From: a virus
Lineage: Duplodnaviria > Heunggongvirae > Uroviricota > Caudoviricetes
Direction: 5' to 3' (one strand)
Length of the DNA stretch: 22,230 nucleotides
Virus record (IMG/VR): IMGVR_UViG_2713896776_000007
Span: 1 to 22,230 of that record
Of the stretch, positions 1 to 8,191 are shown piece after piece. A model generated the notes under the pieces. That model did not search any database. It had not been told where the DNA came from and saw nothing but the letters and a program-made list of their open reading frames with translations. How positions within the stretch are numbered: position 1 is the first letter of the stretch; every line of letters begins with the position of its first letter. Both the position numbers and the translations under genes were made by a program.

Positions 1-270
1 ATGGAAAATCTACTTTTTGTGATGTGTTGGATTAAAGATCATCATGTGATGTCATTAGCTTTTGGCGTCTTATCTGCAATTTTATGGATTAAATCTGCTA
101 CAGCAAAAGTTGAGTTAGGCAAAAAAATTGTCATGGTTACGTATGAAGATCCCGAACTTAACGTGAATCTCCATGATTTCTTCGCCACTGCGCGGCTTCA
201 ATCTAAGTACAATTCATTTGCAGCATTGTCTGCAGCAGCAACCGCGCTATTCCAGATTATTGGTTTGTAA
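1..270 (+). CDS. hypothetical small membrane protein, possibly 5'-truncated by the window edge
   Basis: The ORF is open from base 1. It has two hydrophobic helices (VMSLAFGVLSAILWI and FAALSAAATALFQIIGL). It is AT-rich like the adjacent rnlAB genes and convergent with rnlB. I recognise no family. Confidence 0.3.
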   Translation: MENLLFVMCWIKDHHVMSLAFGVLSAILWIKSATAKVELGKKIVMVTYEDPELNVNLHDFFATARLQSKYNSFAALSAAATALFQIIGL

Positions 271-407
271 TGCTTACCAGCCCCAAATTAATCAATACCC
301 AGTGGTATTAGCAATGTCCATTTCAAGTACATACGTTCTTAAGACATTTGGGCACTGTCATGTCTGTCGGGGAGGAGGTTAAAATCCTCTCGTGCAAAAT
401 TTCTTAG

Positions 408-770
408 CTAGAGAATACAAAGAACATCATCTGGTGTTAACACAGAGTCTTCTACGTACTCAGGGTGGTTACGTAATACATCTCTCTGATGTCTCAAGAT
501 CTGCGCTGGAATTTCTTGCTCATCCACAATTTTGGCAGTATCCAGCAAAATACTGCCACACCTTATTTCCAGCGAAACAAAGCGATTCCACTCTGGACCA
601 TTAGAACACAAAAGGTCAAACAAAACCTCACCTGTAGCCTGTGAATTGCCCAGTATAACAGAAAGCCTCTTCTCGATTTCGTGAACTGAAGTCAAGGGGT
701 TCTCGTAGCCAGTCGCCATAACGACGGCAATGAGAGCCCCTGAGACGTTAACACCTGTTATTTCAAACAA
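408..770 (-). CDS. rnlB: RnlB-type antitoxin
   Basis: The 120-aa translation (MFEITGVNVSGALIAVVMATGYENPL...LFDLLCSNGPEWNRF...LRNHPEY) matches E. coli K-12 RnlB as I recall it. It overlaps the rnlA stop by 8 nt. The start is TTG, preceded by AAGGA. Confidence 0.85.
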   Translation of the reverse strand: MFEITGVNVSGALIAVVMATGYENPLTSVHEIEKRLSVILGNSQATGEVLFDLLCSNGPEWNRFVSLEIRCGSILLDTAKIVDEQEIPAQILRHQRDVLRNHPEYVEDSVLTPDDVLCIL

Positions 771-1833
771 TATACAAATCCTTAATAATTCCCCATGCCT
801 GTCTGGCCTTAGTCATCAGTCGTGCCATGTCAGAAACCATACGGCTTGTGTCGACAACTATCTCCATATGAAACAGGCCATGACGTTCTCTGTTAAAGAA
901 AGTATAGGCATCATTAATGGTCTTAACCTTAGCTGACGATAAATTGCATCCAAATTGTTGTTTCAGAATAAATTCACTCCCAATTTTATCAAAATAAGGC
1001 CCGAAACCATCCTGCGTGATTGGCATGCCATATCGGTACATTGTTGATTTAAGTACTCCCTCAACTGAACGTAATTCAGGATACAACAACATACAGTAAT
1101 CGGGTAAATCGGGGGCGGCGAGTTTAACACACAGCCCAGAAACGAGCAATTTTTCAACATTCTTATGCAATAGTGGGTACGCATCCCCCATTTCACACTC
1201 TAGATGTGAGCGAGCAACTTCTTTCTGAACTATATACGCTTTGCCATCATCCTGACGAATGAGAACTTTTTCCAGTCCTTGTAAATCGAGTAGCTCTGAC
1301 AAGTTGAATATAAACACTCTATAACATGACAATGGACGCCCTTGTATTTGTAGTGTTCCATTTCTGTGATGCAGACTAACTGTCAACTCATCCTGAAATT
1401 CTGGCGAATGAATTTTCCACACCGTTGTATGAGTGTTCCGTAAGTATTCGTAAAATTGTATATGTGGCTGCTCTGCTGAGAGCTGAAGTACAGATAAAAC
1501 GTTCGCTTCAACGAACCCTTGTAACACCATATTTACCTGTTCAAATTCTGCAGGATTGATGGTTTCATAGAGATCATCAGCCAACTCTTTTCCAAGATTA
1601 TGATTAGCTCCTGTTTGATACTGGACTGTAGACGTCCCTCCGTTATTATAGAAAATGTTAACAGTTGCCAAAGCTTCTCCTGGTTTAGCAAACACAACCC
1701 GAAGTCCTGCTCTTGCACCAGGCATTGGTCCAATTGAATGGACGGAATAGTTTTTATTTTCAATAAATGCCCTAGACGTAGCCTCAATAGTTGTCCGATC
1801 TAAATTTAAATTAGTGTAGTTCCTGACTGTCAT
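763..1833 (-). CDS. rnlA: RnlA (RNase LS) type II toxin endoribonuclease
   Basis: From M38 of the ORF (MTVRNYTNLNLD...) the 356-aa product is collinear with K-12 RnlA, which is 357 aa. Shared motifs include FIENKNYS.QSIGPMPG.RAGLRVVF, LQIQGRPLSCYRVF.FNL, LVSGLCVKLAAPDLPDYCMLLYPELR and AWGIIKDLYIV. The ATG is at 1831-1833. I treat the upstream 37 codons as read-through. Confidence 0.9.
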   Translation of the reverse strand: MTVRNYTNLNLDRTTIEATSRAFIENKNYSVHSIGPMPGARAGLRVVFAKPGEALATVNIFYNNGGTSTVQYQTGANHNLGKELADDLYETINPAEFEQVNMVLQGFVEANVLSVLQLSAEQPHIQFYEYLRNTHTTVWKIHSPEFQDELTVSLHHRNGTLQIQGRPLSCYRVFIFNLSELLDLQGLEKVLIRQDDGKAYIVQKEVARSHLECEMGDAYPLLHKNVEKLLVSGLCVKLAAPDLPDYCMLLYPELRSVEGVLKSTMYRYGMPITQDGFGPYFDKIGSEFILKQQFGCNLSSAKVKTINDAYTFFNRERHGLFHMEIVVDTSRMVSDMARLMTKARQAWGIIKDLYIV

Positions 1834-1967
1834 TTGCTTAACCCTATAAAAAACTTTAGCAAACTCTACAATATAGCCCCTCTTTAGTCTAATCAGGCGC
1901 TGTATCCTGAAATCGGGTACCGATAATATCCCTCCTGCAGCCATGTGTTGGTGTTAACAAGATACTG

Positions 1968-2255
1968 TGTATCAATTGAATCCGTCAGATTGCAAAAGTT
2001 GATGCCTCTTTCGCGCAGTTCCTCCACCAGCACGACAAGATGCCGCATACTGCGCCTCAGTCGATCCAGTTTCCAGACCACCAGCGTATCACCTGCCGAT
2101 AATGTCCTGAGCAGTTTTTTCAGTCCCGGCCTTTCGGACTTTGTACCGCTTATCTTGTCTTCAAAAATCAGCTCGCATCCTGCACAGTTCAGCGCATTAC
2201 GTTGTAGATCTGTGTTCTGGTCATTTGTTGACACACGTACATAGCCAATAAGCAT
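1968..2255 (-). pseudogene. pin: Pin/Gin/Cin-family serine DNA invertase, N-terminal 96 codons only (3' half deleted)
   Basis: MLIGYVRVSTNDQNTDLQRNALNCAGCELIFEDKISGTKSERPGLKKLLRTLSAGDTLVVWKLDRL.RSMRHLVVLVEELRERGINF..LTDSIDT is nearly identical to e14 Pin residues 1-96 as I recall them. After that the frame runs into unrelated AT-rich sequence (QYLVNTNTWLQEG...). The C-terminal dimer helix and HTH domain are absent. There is also a G-to-R change in the DRLGR motif. Confidence 0.9.
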
Positions 2256-2309
2256 GGTAGATCTCCCTGACAAAAGCAGGAATGATGCCATTTGCGCGTT
2301 ATTTCTGCA

Positions 2310-2335
2310 TTTTCATAAACGTTGGTTTGGGAGAA
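2310..2335. repeat. 26-bp Din-family crossover site (gix/pix-like), left
   Basis: The site is ttttcataaacgTTggtttgggagaa. Its reverse complement, ttctcccaaaccAAcgtttatgaaaa, shares the first 14 nt and the central AA core with the site at 4213-4238. It has the 12-2-12 layout of hix/gix/cix/pix sites. Confidence 0.85.
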
Positions 2336-2815
2336 GGCTCTGCATTACCGGTTGGGGTGCCTGTTCCGTGGCCTTCAGCCACTCCGCCAACAGGCTGGCT
2401 GAAATGCAATGGTGCGGCTTTTTCTGCTGAAGAATACCCGGAACTGGCAAAGGCTTACCCGACCAATAAATTGCCTGATTTACGCGGTGAATTTATTCGT
2501 GGCTGGGATGACGGACGTGGAGTGGATAACGGAAGGGGATTATTAACGCTTCAGGACGGTGCGATTGTCAGTCATAACCACTATTGGGGAATCTGGACTT
2601 CACGAACTAACGACCAGACTCTGGAAAGTTTTACAGGCACCACGATTTTAAAACAAATCACGCCCCTGTCTCCGGCCATTGACTTCGATAATTACCCAAT
2701 TCCCAACCCGGCTATTACAGAGGGTGGTGTTGTTGCGGCAACGACTAAACCTGCTGGTGCGAATGAAACACGCCCACGAAATGTCGCTTTTAACTATATT
2801 GTGAGGGCTGCATAA
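2321..2815 (+). CDS. silent alternative tail-fibre C-terminal cassette (Sv'-like, tail-collar domain), with no start of its own
   Basis: VGLGEGSALPVGVPVPWPSATPPTGWLKCNGAAFSAEEYPELAKAYPTNKLPDLRGEFIRGWDDGRG is a typical phage tail-collar motif. The frame begins inside the crossover site. The MMPFARYF... N-terminus in the ORF track is probably not real. Confidence 0.75.
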   Translation, partial: VGLGEGSALPVGVPVPWPSATPPTGWLKCNGAAFSAEEYPELAKAYPTNKLPDLRGEFIRGWDDGRGVDNGRGLLTLQDGAIVSHNHYWGIWTSRTNDQTLESFTGTTILKQITPLSPAIDFDNYPIPNPAITEGGVVAATTKPAGANETRPRNVAFNYIVRAA

Positions 2816-3417
2816 TGAATAACGCAGAATTAAACAGTGAATTAATTGCCACTATGGCAGGAGAAATTACTGTTTATAACTTTGATGTCATGAGTCGGGA
2901 ATATATTTCAGCTTCAACTGAATATCTTGCTATTGGTGTCGGCATTCCGGCATATTCCTGTTTAGATGCCCCAGGCGCATACAAAGCTGGTTATGCAATC
3001 TGCCGTTCTGCAGATTTTAACTCATGGGAATATGTGCCAGACCATCGCGGTGAAACGGTCTATAGCACCGAAACAGGAGAATCAAAAGAAATCACCGCTC
3101 CGGGTGATTACCCTGAAAATACAACCACTATCGCCCCATTAACGCCATATGATAAATGGGATGGTGAGAAATGGGTGACGGATACCGAGGCACAGCATAG
3201 CGCCGCAGTAGATGCAGCAGAAGCACAGCGCCAGTCGCTGATTGATACTGCAATGGCGTCCATCAGTCTGATTCAACTGAAATTGCGGGCCGGACGTAAA
3301 CTGACGCCGGCAGAAACAACCCGGCTTAACGCTGTGCTGGATTACATTGAGGCGGTGACGGCAACAGATACCAGCACCGCGCCGGATGTCATCTGGCCTG
3401 AACTGCCGGAGGCGTAG
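2815..3417 (+). CDS. tfa: tail fibre assembly protein (Tfa/U'-like), partner of the silent cassette
   Basis: The 200-aa product is nearly collinear with K-12 TfaE as I recall it (MNN.ELNSELIAT..G.ITVYN...CRSADFNSWEYVPDHRGETVYST.TGESKEI.APGDYPENTTTIAPL.PYDKWDGEKWVTDTEAQH...DTSTAPDVIWPELPE). Its ATG overlaps the cassette stop (TAATG). Confidence 0.85.
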   Translation: MNNAELNSELIATMAGEITVYNFDVMSREYISASTEYLAIGVGIPAYSCLDAPGAYKAGYAICRSADFNSWEYVPDHRGETVYSTETGESKEITAPGDYPENTTTIAPLTPYDKWDGEKWVTDTEAQHSAAVDAAEAQRQSLIDTAMASISLIQLKLRAGRKLTPAETTRLNAVLDYIEAVTATDTSTAPDVIWPELPEA

Positions 3418-3832
3418 GCCATTCAATATCTGGTGCACTGGAGGTATCAACCAGCTCCAGTGCATCCAGATAATCCAGCCACAAATTATATTGCGCCAGT
3501 TCCTCACCTTTCAGACGACCAATAGCGGCTTTACCGGGCCATTGCTTACTGTTCATGTATTCGTTGGCCTGGTTAATTAGTAGCTGTCTTTCTGATTCAG
3601 TAATTTCAATAAGCTCTTCATGCGTGGGTGGAGGAATATCTGCCCACGCAGGCAGCCCATCATCTCCGGCAATACGGATTTTTCCTTGTGGCGGTTCAGC
3701 CATAAACTCACTGATAATATTCTGATTTACTTCCTTAGCGTCTGATAAATCCCATCCCTCTGATTTATATTTATCAATCATATCCACAGGAAAAAAAGCA
3801 TTATGCCTTGCGCTATAAACATATTCGTTCAT
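3389..3832 (-). CDS. tfa: tail fibre assembly protein (Tfa/U-like), partner of the expressed fibre
   Basis: It has the C-terminal Tfa signature (NLWLDYLDALELVDTSSAPDIEWPTPP). I chose the ATG at 3830-3832 because GGGTGA lies 5 nt upstream. The ORF track starts at a GTG at 3841. Confidence 0.8.
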   Translation of the reverse strand: MNEYVYSARHNAFFPVDMIDKYKSEGWDLSDAKEVNQNIISEFMAEPPQGKIRIAGDDGLPAWADIPPPTHEELIEITESERQLLINQANEYMNSKQWPGKAAIGRLKGEELAQYNLWLDYLDALELVDTSSAPDIEWPTPPAVQAR

Positions 3833-3852
3833 ATAAATCACCCTGAATAAAA

Positions 3853-4515
3853 TTACTCACCAACAGCCCACCAACTGTAATTCATCGATACCGTGTCGCT
3901 GGTTGATGACGTTCTGTAAGCAGAATTAAAACCGGTTAACGTTGGGTCTTCTGCCGTCATCACGAACCCTCGCCCAGCGCCTAAAGGCGCACCGCCATCA
4001 CCAGAATGAGTAAGCATGGCGCAGTCCGCTTTTTTGGGGAAAGGGATGCTGAATGTAATTCTCATTGTTTGCGTCGATAATGTCGGCGTAACCGCACCTC
4101 GACCATATTGCAGGATTTTACCGTTGGGTAATTTCATCCATCCATCACCACTGGCAAAAGAAGCCATGTCCGGTATCTGATTTTCCCCTGTCCCCACATC
4201 CCGTTTTGCCGCTTCTCCCAAACCAAGGTTTTCGAGAGCCGTTTTCACCGTGCCGTCCGATTTGATATCGCCAAACGGATTCTTGCGGCTTAACAGCAGC
4301 GCGCGAAGTGCGGTAAGCAACTGGTCATGCCTCCCCTTCTCCAGGCTGGTACCGGATGCCTCCACCACGCTGCAAAGCTCCTCCTGCAACATGTCAAAGT
4401 AGTCATCATCCAGATCGGTGGCAGGTGTGCCGGTCTGGGGGTTACCACGGGTAAAACCGTTCTTACCCGCGCCGAACTTATCCTTCTGCGCGGTTTTCGT
4501 GTCTATACGATGCAT
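3853..4515 (-). CDS. tail fibre protein in the currently expressed configuration (constant N-terminus plus variable C-terminus)
   Basis: The N-terminus ([46 protein letters not shown]) is the conserved prophage tail-fibre N-terminal domain. ENLGLGE (aa 95-101) is encoded by the crossover site. The C-terminus has the GENQIPDM...[10 protein letters not shown] motif. Confidence 0.85.
   Translation of the reverse strand: MHRIDTKTAQKDKFGAGKNGFTRGNPQTGTPATDLDDDYFDMLQEELCSVVEASGTSLEKGRHDQLLTALRALLLSRKNPFGDIKSDGTVKTALENLGLGEAAKRDVGTGENQIPDMASFASGDGWMKLPNGKILQYGRGAVTPTLSTQTMRITFSIPFPKKADCAMLTHSGDGGAPLGAGRGFVMTAEDPTLTGFNSAYRTSSTSDTVSMNYSWWAVGE
4213..4238. repeat. 26-bp Din-family crossover site, right
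   Basis: The site is ttctcccaaaccAAggttttcgagag. It is inverted relative to 2310-2335 and has the same AA core dinucleotide. Confidence 0.85.
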
Positions 4516-4518
4516 GGA

Positions 4519-5103
4519 TTACTCCGGATATTTAAAAATTACGTAGGTATGCGACGGGCAGAGTTTGTTAAGCACACACTCGACTACGGTGTCGCCCCAG
4601 ATACGCAGTGCGGAATCACAGGGATCGCCACATGTCATCCAGGTGGTGTTGGTGGCGGCTGGCATGTTGACCTGCCAGTAATACCGCCATTCCGGCGCAT
4701 TCACCGCGTCAGTACAGGCAGATGAGCAGGTGAACGTGCTTTTGTCGTATCGCGTGATGGTGGCGTCTGGTCTGCCCAGGGCAGCAAGCTGTGCAAGGTA
4801 AAAATCCTCATTGATGCCGCCCGCCAGATTAACCTTCGCATCCAGCCGTTGCTGACGCTGGCGAAGGGTCTGCGTCCCTGCCGGAATACATTCATCCGGC
4901 AGGCCGCACAGACGCTCCCAGCGATTTATCAGTTCGGTGGTGGTGCGCGGATCCAGCTCCCGCATCAGGGCATCCGCACGCTGATGAACACGGGTTAATG
5001 AAGGTGCCGCACCGGCAATCGCCGGATCGCTGGCTGACCACGCCGGACCGGGCGGCAACAGTGCCGATAACAGGCGGATGTAATCATCGTTTGTCACGTC
5101 CAT
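4519..5103 (-). CDS. Mu gp48 / YmfQ-like tail protein (DUF2313)
   Basis: [22 protein letters not shown]... is the typical DUF2313 N-terminus. Its position between baseplate J and the fibre gene matches Mu and e14. Confidence 0.8.
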   Translation of the reverse strand: MDVTNDDYIRLLSALLPPGPAWSASDPAIAGAAPSLTRVHQRADALMRELDPRTTTELINRWERLCGLPDECIPAGTQTLRQRQQRLDAKVNLAGGINEDFYLAQLAALGRPDATITRYDKSTFTCSSACTDAVNAPEWRYYWQVNMPAATNTTWMTCGDPCDSALRIWGDTVVECVLNKLCPSHTYVIFKYPE

Positions 5104-6152
5104 GAAATCGTCCCCAGTACCGCCAGTTCGTTTTTCGCAATGGAAATATTGTCTGCCGGTGCAAGCAACTGATGGCTGTATTCCCCGTTCGCACCGGAAA
5201 TCGCCTCACTGATACGCGATACCTTCAGTTCTCCCTGCGGATAACCATCACGCAGCAGGAACGAACGCAACTCCGCGGTAATGGCAGCCCGTATTTCCGG
5301 TGTGTCCGGCGTCACGCGGATATGAAAATCCACCGTATGCGCCACCGGCCTGAACACATACAAATCAGAGCCTGCCACCGGGGCCAGAGGCCCGATATGT
5401 TGTCTTGCCGCCGTTTCCGTTGATTCTTCCGGAATGGGATTAATCAGGTCACTGCTGGCAATCATCACACCGACAGTTCCCGTTCCCATCCAGTGACGGT
5501 ATGTCCATGCGCGGGTAATGCCGGGCACTTCTTTAGCCCAGACGACATAGTCCCCGTCAGCCCCGCCCTGAAGCGTCCAGTAATACCGCTCAATGACGCG
5601 GGCGCGCCACGTTTCCAGATCTTCAGTATCGAATCCGCCAGTCAGGGTATCTGCAACACCGGAAGACGGCAGACCATTCACCGGCGTGACCAGGATTAAT
5701 GCCGTACCGTCGTCAGCGTTACCGACCGCGCCTGCACTTGAGCAAGTGATCGGCACGCGCAGGACACCACCGGAGCTGGTTGCATCAGCAGTTGCCGTGT
5801 ACTGAACCAGGTCAGCGCGCTGAATCACGCTCCCGGCGGTCACCTTCAGGCCATCGCTGACACCTTCCCAGCGCATATACCCGCTGGCAGCCGTGGCCCC
5901 CTTGCGCGGACACCGTTTCATCGCAGCATGTCGCGCCAGCCAGGACTCATCGCACAGGTCAGGCAGCATGTTCATTGCCAGATAATCGATGTAACCGTAA
6001 ACCGTATGCAGCGCCGCCGCATACACCTTTGCCCGCACGTCTTCATCCATGCGCCGGAGCGTGTCGCTGACGTCCAGCCTGGCGAATAAATCGTTACGGA
6101 GCATACTGATATTTTCTGCCAGCGTCGGGCGCTGAAATTCACTGTCCGCCAT
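5094..6152 (-). CDS. baseplate J-like protein (Mu gp47 / JayE-like)
   Basis: It is 352 aa. Its size and synteny fit, and it overlaps both neighbours. It resembles baseplate J-family sequences. Confidence 0.8.
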   Translation of the reverse strand: MADSEFQRPTLAENISMLRNDLFARLDVSDTLRRMDEDVRAKVYAAALHTVYGYIDYLAMNMLPDLCDESWLARHAAMKRCPRKGATAASGYMRWEGVSDGLKVTAGSVIQRADLVQYTATADATSSGGVLRVPITCSSAGAVGNADDGTALILVTPVNGLPSSGVADTLTGGFDTEDLETWRARVIERYYWTLQGGADGDYVVWAKEVPGITRAWTYRHWMGTGTVGVMIASSDLINPIPEESTETAARQHIGPLAPVAGSDLYVFRPVAHTVDFHIRVTPDTPEIRAAITAELRSFLLRDGYPQGELKVSRISEAISGANGEYSHQLLAPADNISIAKNELAVLGTISWT

Positions 6153-6567
6153 GCGTTATCGCACTCCACAGATCATCAAAAGAAATCATTACCGGTCCGT
6201 CACGACGCCAGAGGGTGATACTGTTACCCAGCTCATTAATCCCGGTGCGGCGGATATCCAGATCAATACGGGACACCACGCCGTCATCAATCATCCATTG
6301 CAGGCATTCGCGGATATACCCCCTTACCGTCTGCACCAGCTGATTGGTCAGTTTGCTGCGCTGAAGCAGCCACAGTCGGGAGCCGTAACGGTCATTCTGT
6401 ACCGCAGGCCAGGTATCCCCCCACCATCCCATCGGGACGTCGGCGTTGTCATCAGGCTCCGCCCGCCGCCAGGTAAACATGGAAATCACCACGGCGCGGG
6501 TCAGCGGATCCAGCGGTGCGCTGGCGCAGGTGCGTTTACCGTTCACCGTCAGCCACAGTTCCATCAT
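6139..6567 (-). CDS. Mu gp46-family baseplate protein
   Basis: It is 142 aa with a GWWGDTW...GSRLW motif typical of the GP46 family, and it is in the syntenic position. Confidence 0.75.
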   Translation of the reverse strand: MMELWLTVNGKRTCASAPLDPLTRAVVISMFTWRRAEPDDNADVPMGWWGDTWPAVQNDRYGSRLWLLQRSKLTNQLVQTVRGYIRECLQWMIDDGVVSRIDLDIRRTGINELGNSITLWRRDGPVMISFDDLWSAITHGGQ

Positions 6568-7112
6568 GCCTCCATCGCTTTATCAGGTTTGTCGGTGTTA
6601 CTGCCCTGACCGTTCTCTCTGTGACGATGCCCGTTATAGGCAAGCCGCATCGCTGACATGGTAGTGCCGCCGGAGTCGCACAGGTCTTTCACCTGTCCGG
6701 TCACTTCAAGGTCCATTTCAAAACGTGCTCTGGGCGCATTGCGAAACGTGATCGTTTTACCTGCACCGTCCACCACGATCCCCTCCCGGGTCAGCGTCAC
6801 AGACTGCCCCTGATCGTCATAGACAGCCACCTCACCCGTCTGCAGCCCTTTCAGGCGGTAGCGCCGGTCCGACACCGTAACAACCACCGCATGAGAACGG
6901 TCGCCATCCGGAAACAACACCACCGCTTCCGCACCGCTGTTTGCCCTTGCGGTAAAACCGTAGGGTTCAAGATGTTCAACCCCGGCTTTGGGTTCACCGG
7001 CAATCAGGGACACATCCACGGTCTGACATTTCGTGGCGGCGCTGATACTTTTCACCACTGCCCGCCCAATCAGGCCGAGAAGTTGTCGCTGCATGGCTTC
7101 AATCGTCCTCAT
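6564..7112 (-). CDS. Mu gp45-like baseplate assembly/spike protein
   Basis: It is 182 aa with an LEPYGFTARANSGAEAVVLFPDGDRSHAVVV motif typical of the Mu Gp45 / gpV family. Its start overlaps the upstream stop by 1 nt. Confidence 0.8.
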   Translation of the reverse strand: MRTIEAMQRQLLGLIGRAVVKSISAATKCQTVDVSLIAGEPKAGVEHLEPYGFTARANSGAEAVVLFPDGDRSHAVVVTVSDRRYRLKGLQTGEVAVYDDQGQSVTLTREGIVVDGAGKTITFRNAPRARFEMDLEVTGQVKDLCDSGGTTMSAMRLAYNGHRHRENGQGSNTDKPDKAMEA

Positions 7113-8191
7113 CAGAACGGGTCCTCCTGTACTCTGGCTTTTTTCTTTTTCTGCGCGCCGGGGGCATCGGGTTCAGGCAGATAAGCATCAGGCGGGCCGA
7201 CACGGATTTCCGTCAGGGTGCCGTTCTGGTCCTGAGTAAACGTGACTTCCGAAACAAGCAGTTCGGTATTGTCAAAACCACAGACCGGATCAAAGACAAT
7301 CACCCGCTGGTTGGGCTGCCACAGCGTACCGTTACCCTGTCGCCAGCCCTGCACCACATAGGTGGTTTCATCCGTCCGCGCCGCCCGTTGCCGGGCTTCA
7401 AAGTCAGCACGCGCAATACAGCCAGCCCCCGTGGCCTGCCCTGTCTGCCTGATATACATCGGACGGTAACGGGCAATAAATGCGTCCTCTGTGCGGGCCC
7501 GCAGCGCGGTGGTGGTGGCCTCACCGAAATCATCGTCGTTTCCGGCACGCTGCCCCGCCACCTGGTAAACTGAAAACCGCTCCCGGATACTCTTCTCCGT
7601 ATCGCAGGAAAGGATGTTTTCCCCAAGTACCAGCGCGGTATGTGCCCGCGTTGAGCCAATACCGCCAATCACCAGCCTGCCGTGCGGATCGTCGTAAGCC
7701 AGTGCCTGCTGCTGACCGAGTATTTTGTTGATTACCTCAATCACCGTTTCACCGTGATCAGGCTGAACATCAGGAATAACACCCGACGGCGCACCGCTGT
7801 TCACCACCTCAATGCCGAAAGGCGCAGCAAGCGCCTGCGCAATCTGCACCAGCGAGCGTCCGTTAAACTGTGTCGGTTCGGCTGCACAGTCAATCAGGTC
7901 AGCCGTCAGACTACGTCCGGCAATACCGGTGCTGACCGAACGGGCATCGTAACGAACGGGCGTCGCCTCCACCCAGCCGGTGATCACCAGCTCATCACCA
8001 ATCAGCACCTCCACTTTTGAACCGTTTTTAATGCGCGGCTGAAGCGTGGTGATACCCTCATCACCCGGCCACTGGCGGGTGATCTCCACACTGAAATCCC
8101 GCGCCAGCCGTTCAATACCGGCACCGATGCGCACCGATGTCCAGCCATTCCACTCCCGGCCATTTACCCGTAGCGTGACATTGTCGTTCAT
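7112..8191 (-). CDS. Mu P (gp44) / gpD-like baseplate hub protein
   Basis: It is 359 aa and sits between N and gp45 as in Mu. Its start overlaps the stop of the N gene. Confidence 0.75.
   Translation of the reverse strand: MNDNVTLRVNGREWNGWTSVRIGAGIERLARDFSVEITRQWPGDEGITTLQPRIKNGSKVEVLIGDELVITGWVEATPVRYDARSVSTGIAGRSLTADLIDCAAEPTQFNGRSLVQIAQALAAPFGIEVVNSGAPSGVIPDVQPDHGETVIEVINKILGQQQALAYDDPHGRLVIGGIGSTRAHTALVLGENILSCDTEKSIRERFSVYQVAGQRAGNDDDFGEATTTALRARTEDAFIARYRPMYIRQTGQATGAGCIARADFEARQRAARTDETTYVVQGWRQGNGTLWQPNQRVIVFDPVCGFDNTELLVSEVTFTQDQNGTLTEIRVGPPDAYLPEPDAPGAQKKKKARVQEDPF

Larger units (their letters stand above)
2310..4238. other. invertible tail-fibre host-range segment (Mu G / e14 P-segment type), about 1.9 kb
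   Basis: It is bounded by inverted 26-bp crossover sites. It contains two convergent tail-fibre assembly (tfa) genes and two alternative fibre C-terminal cassettes. Both sites encode GLGE in the fibre reading frame. Confidence 0.85.

Noticed and set aside
173-604. Plus-strand ORFs 173-382 and 392-604
   Set aside because: The first overlaps the 1-270 ORF out of frame. The second is antisense to rnlB. Neither resembles a known family.
1834-1944. N-terminal 37-codon extension of the rnlA ORF (MAAGGILSVPDF...)
   Set aside because: K-12 RnlA begins at the equivalent of M38 (MT.R.Y.NLNL). The extension lies in the junction sequence with the truncated invertase, so it is probably fortuitously open.
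2282-2320. ATG start and MMPFARYFCIFIN N-terminus of the 177-aa plus-strand ORF
   Set aside because: These codons overlap the invertase promoter region and the crossover site. By analogy with the Mu Sv' and e14 cassettes, the frame is only expressed after inversion fuses it to the constant fibre N-terminus.
3389-3417. 29-nt overlap of the two convergent tfa genes as a possible regulatory antisense element
   Set aside because: The overlap follows from two paralogous C-termini (DTS.APD..WP) meeting tail to tail, as in the Mu G and e14 P segments. No extra structure needs explaining.
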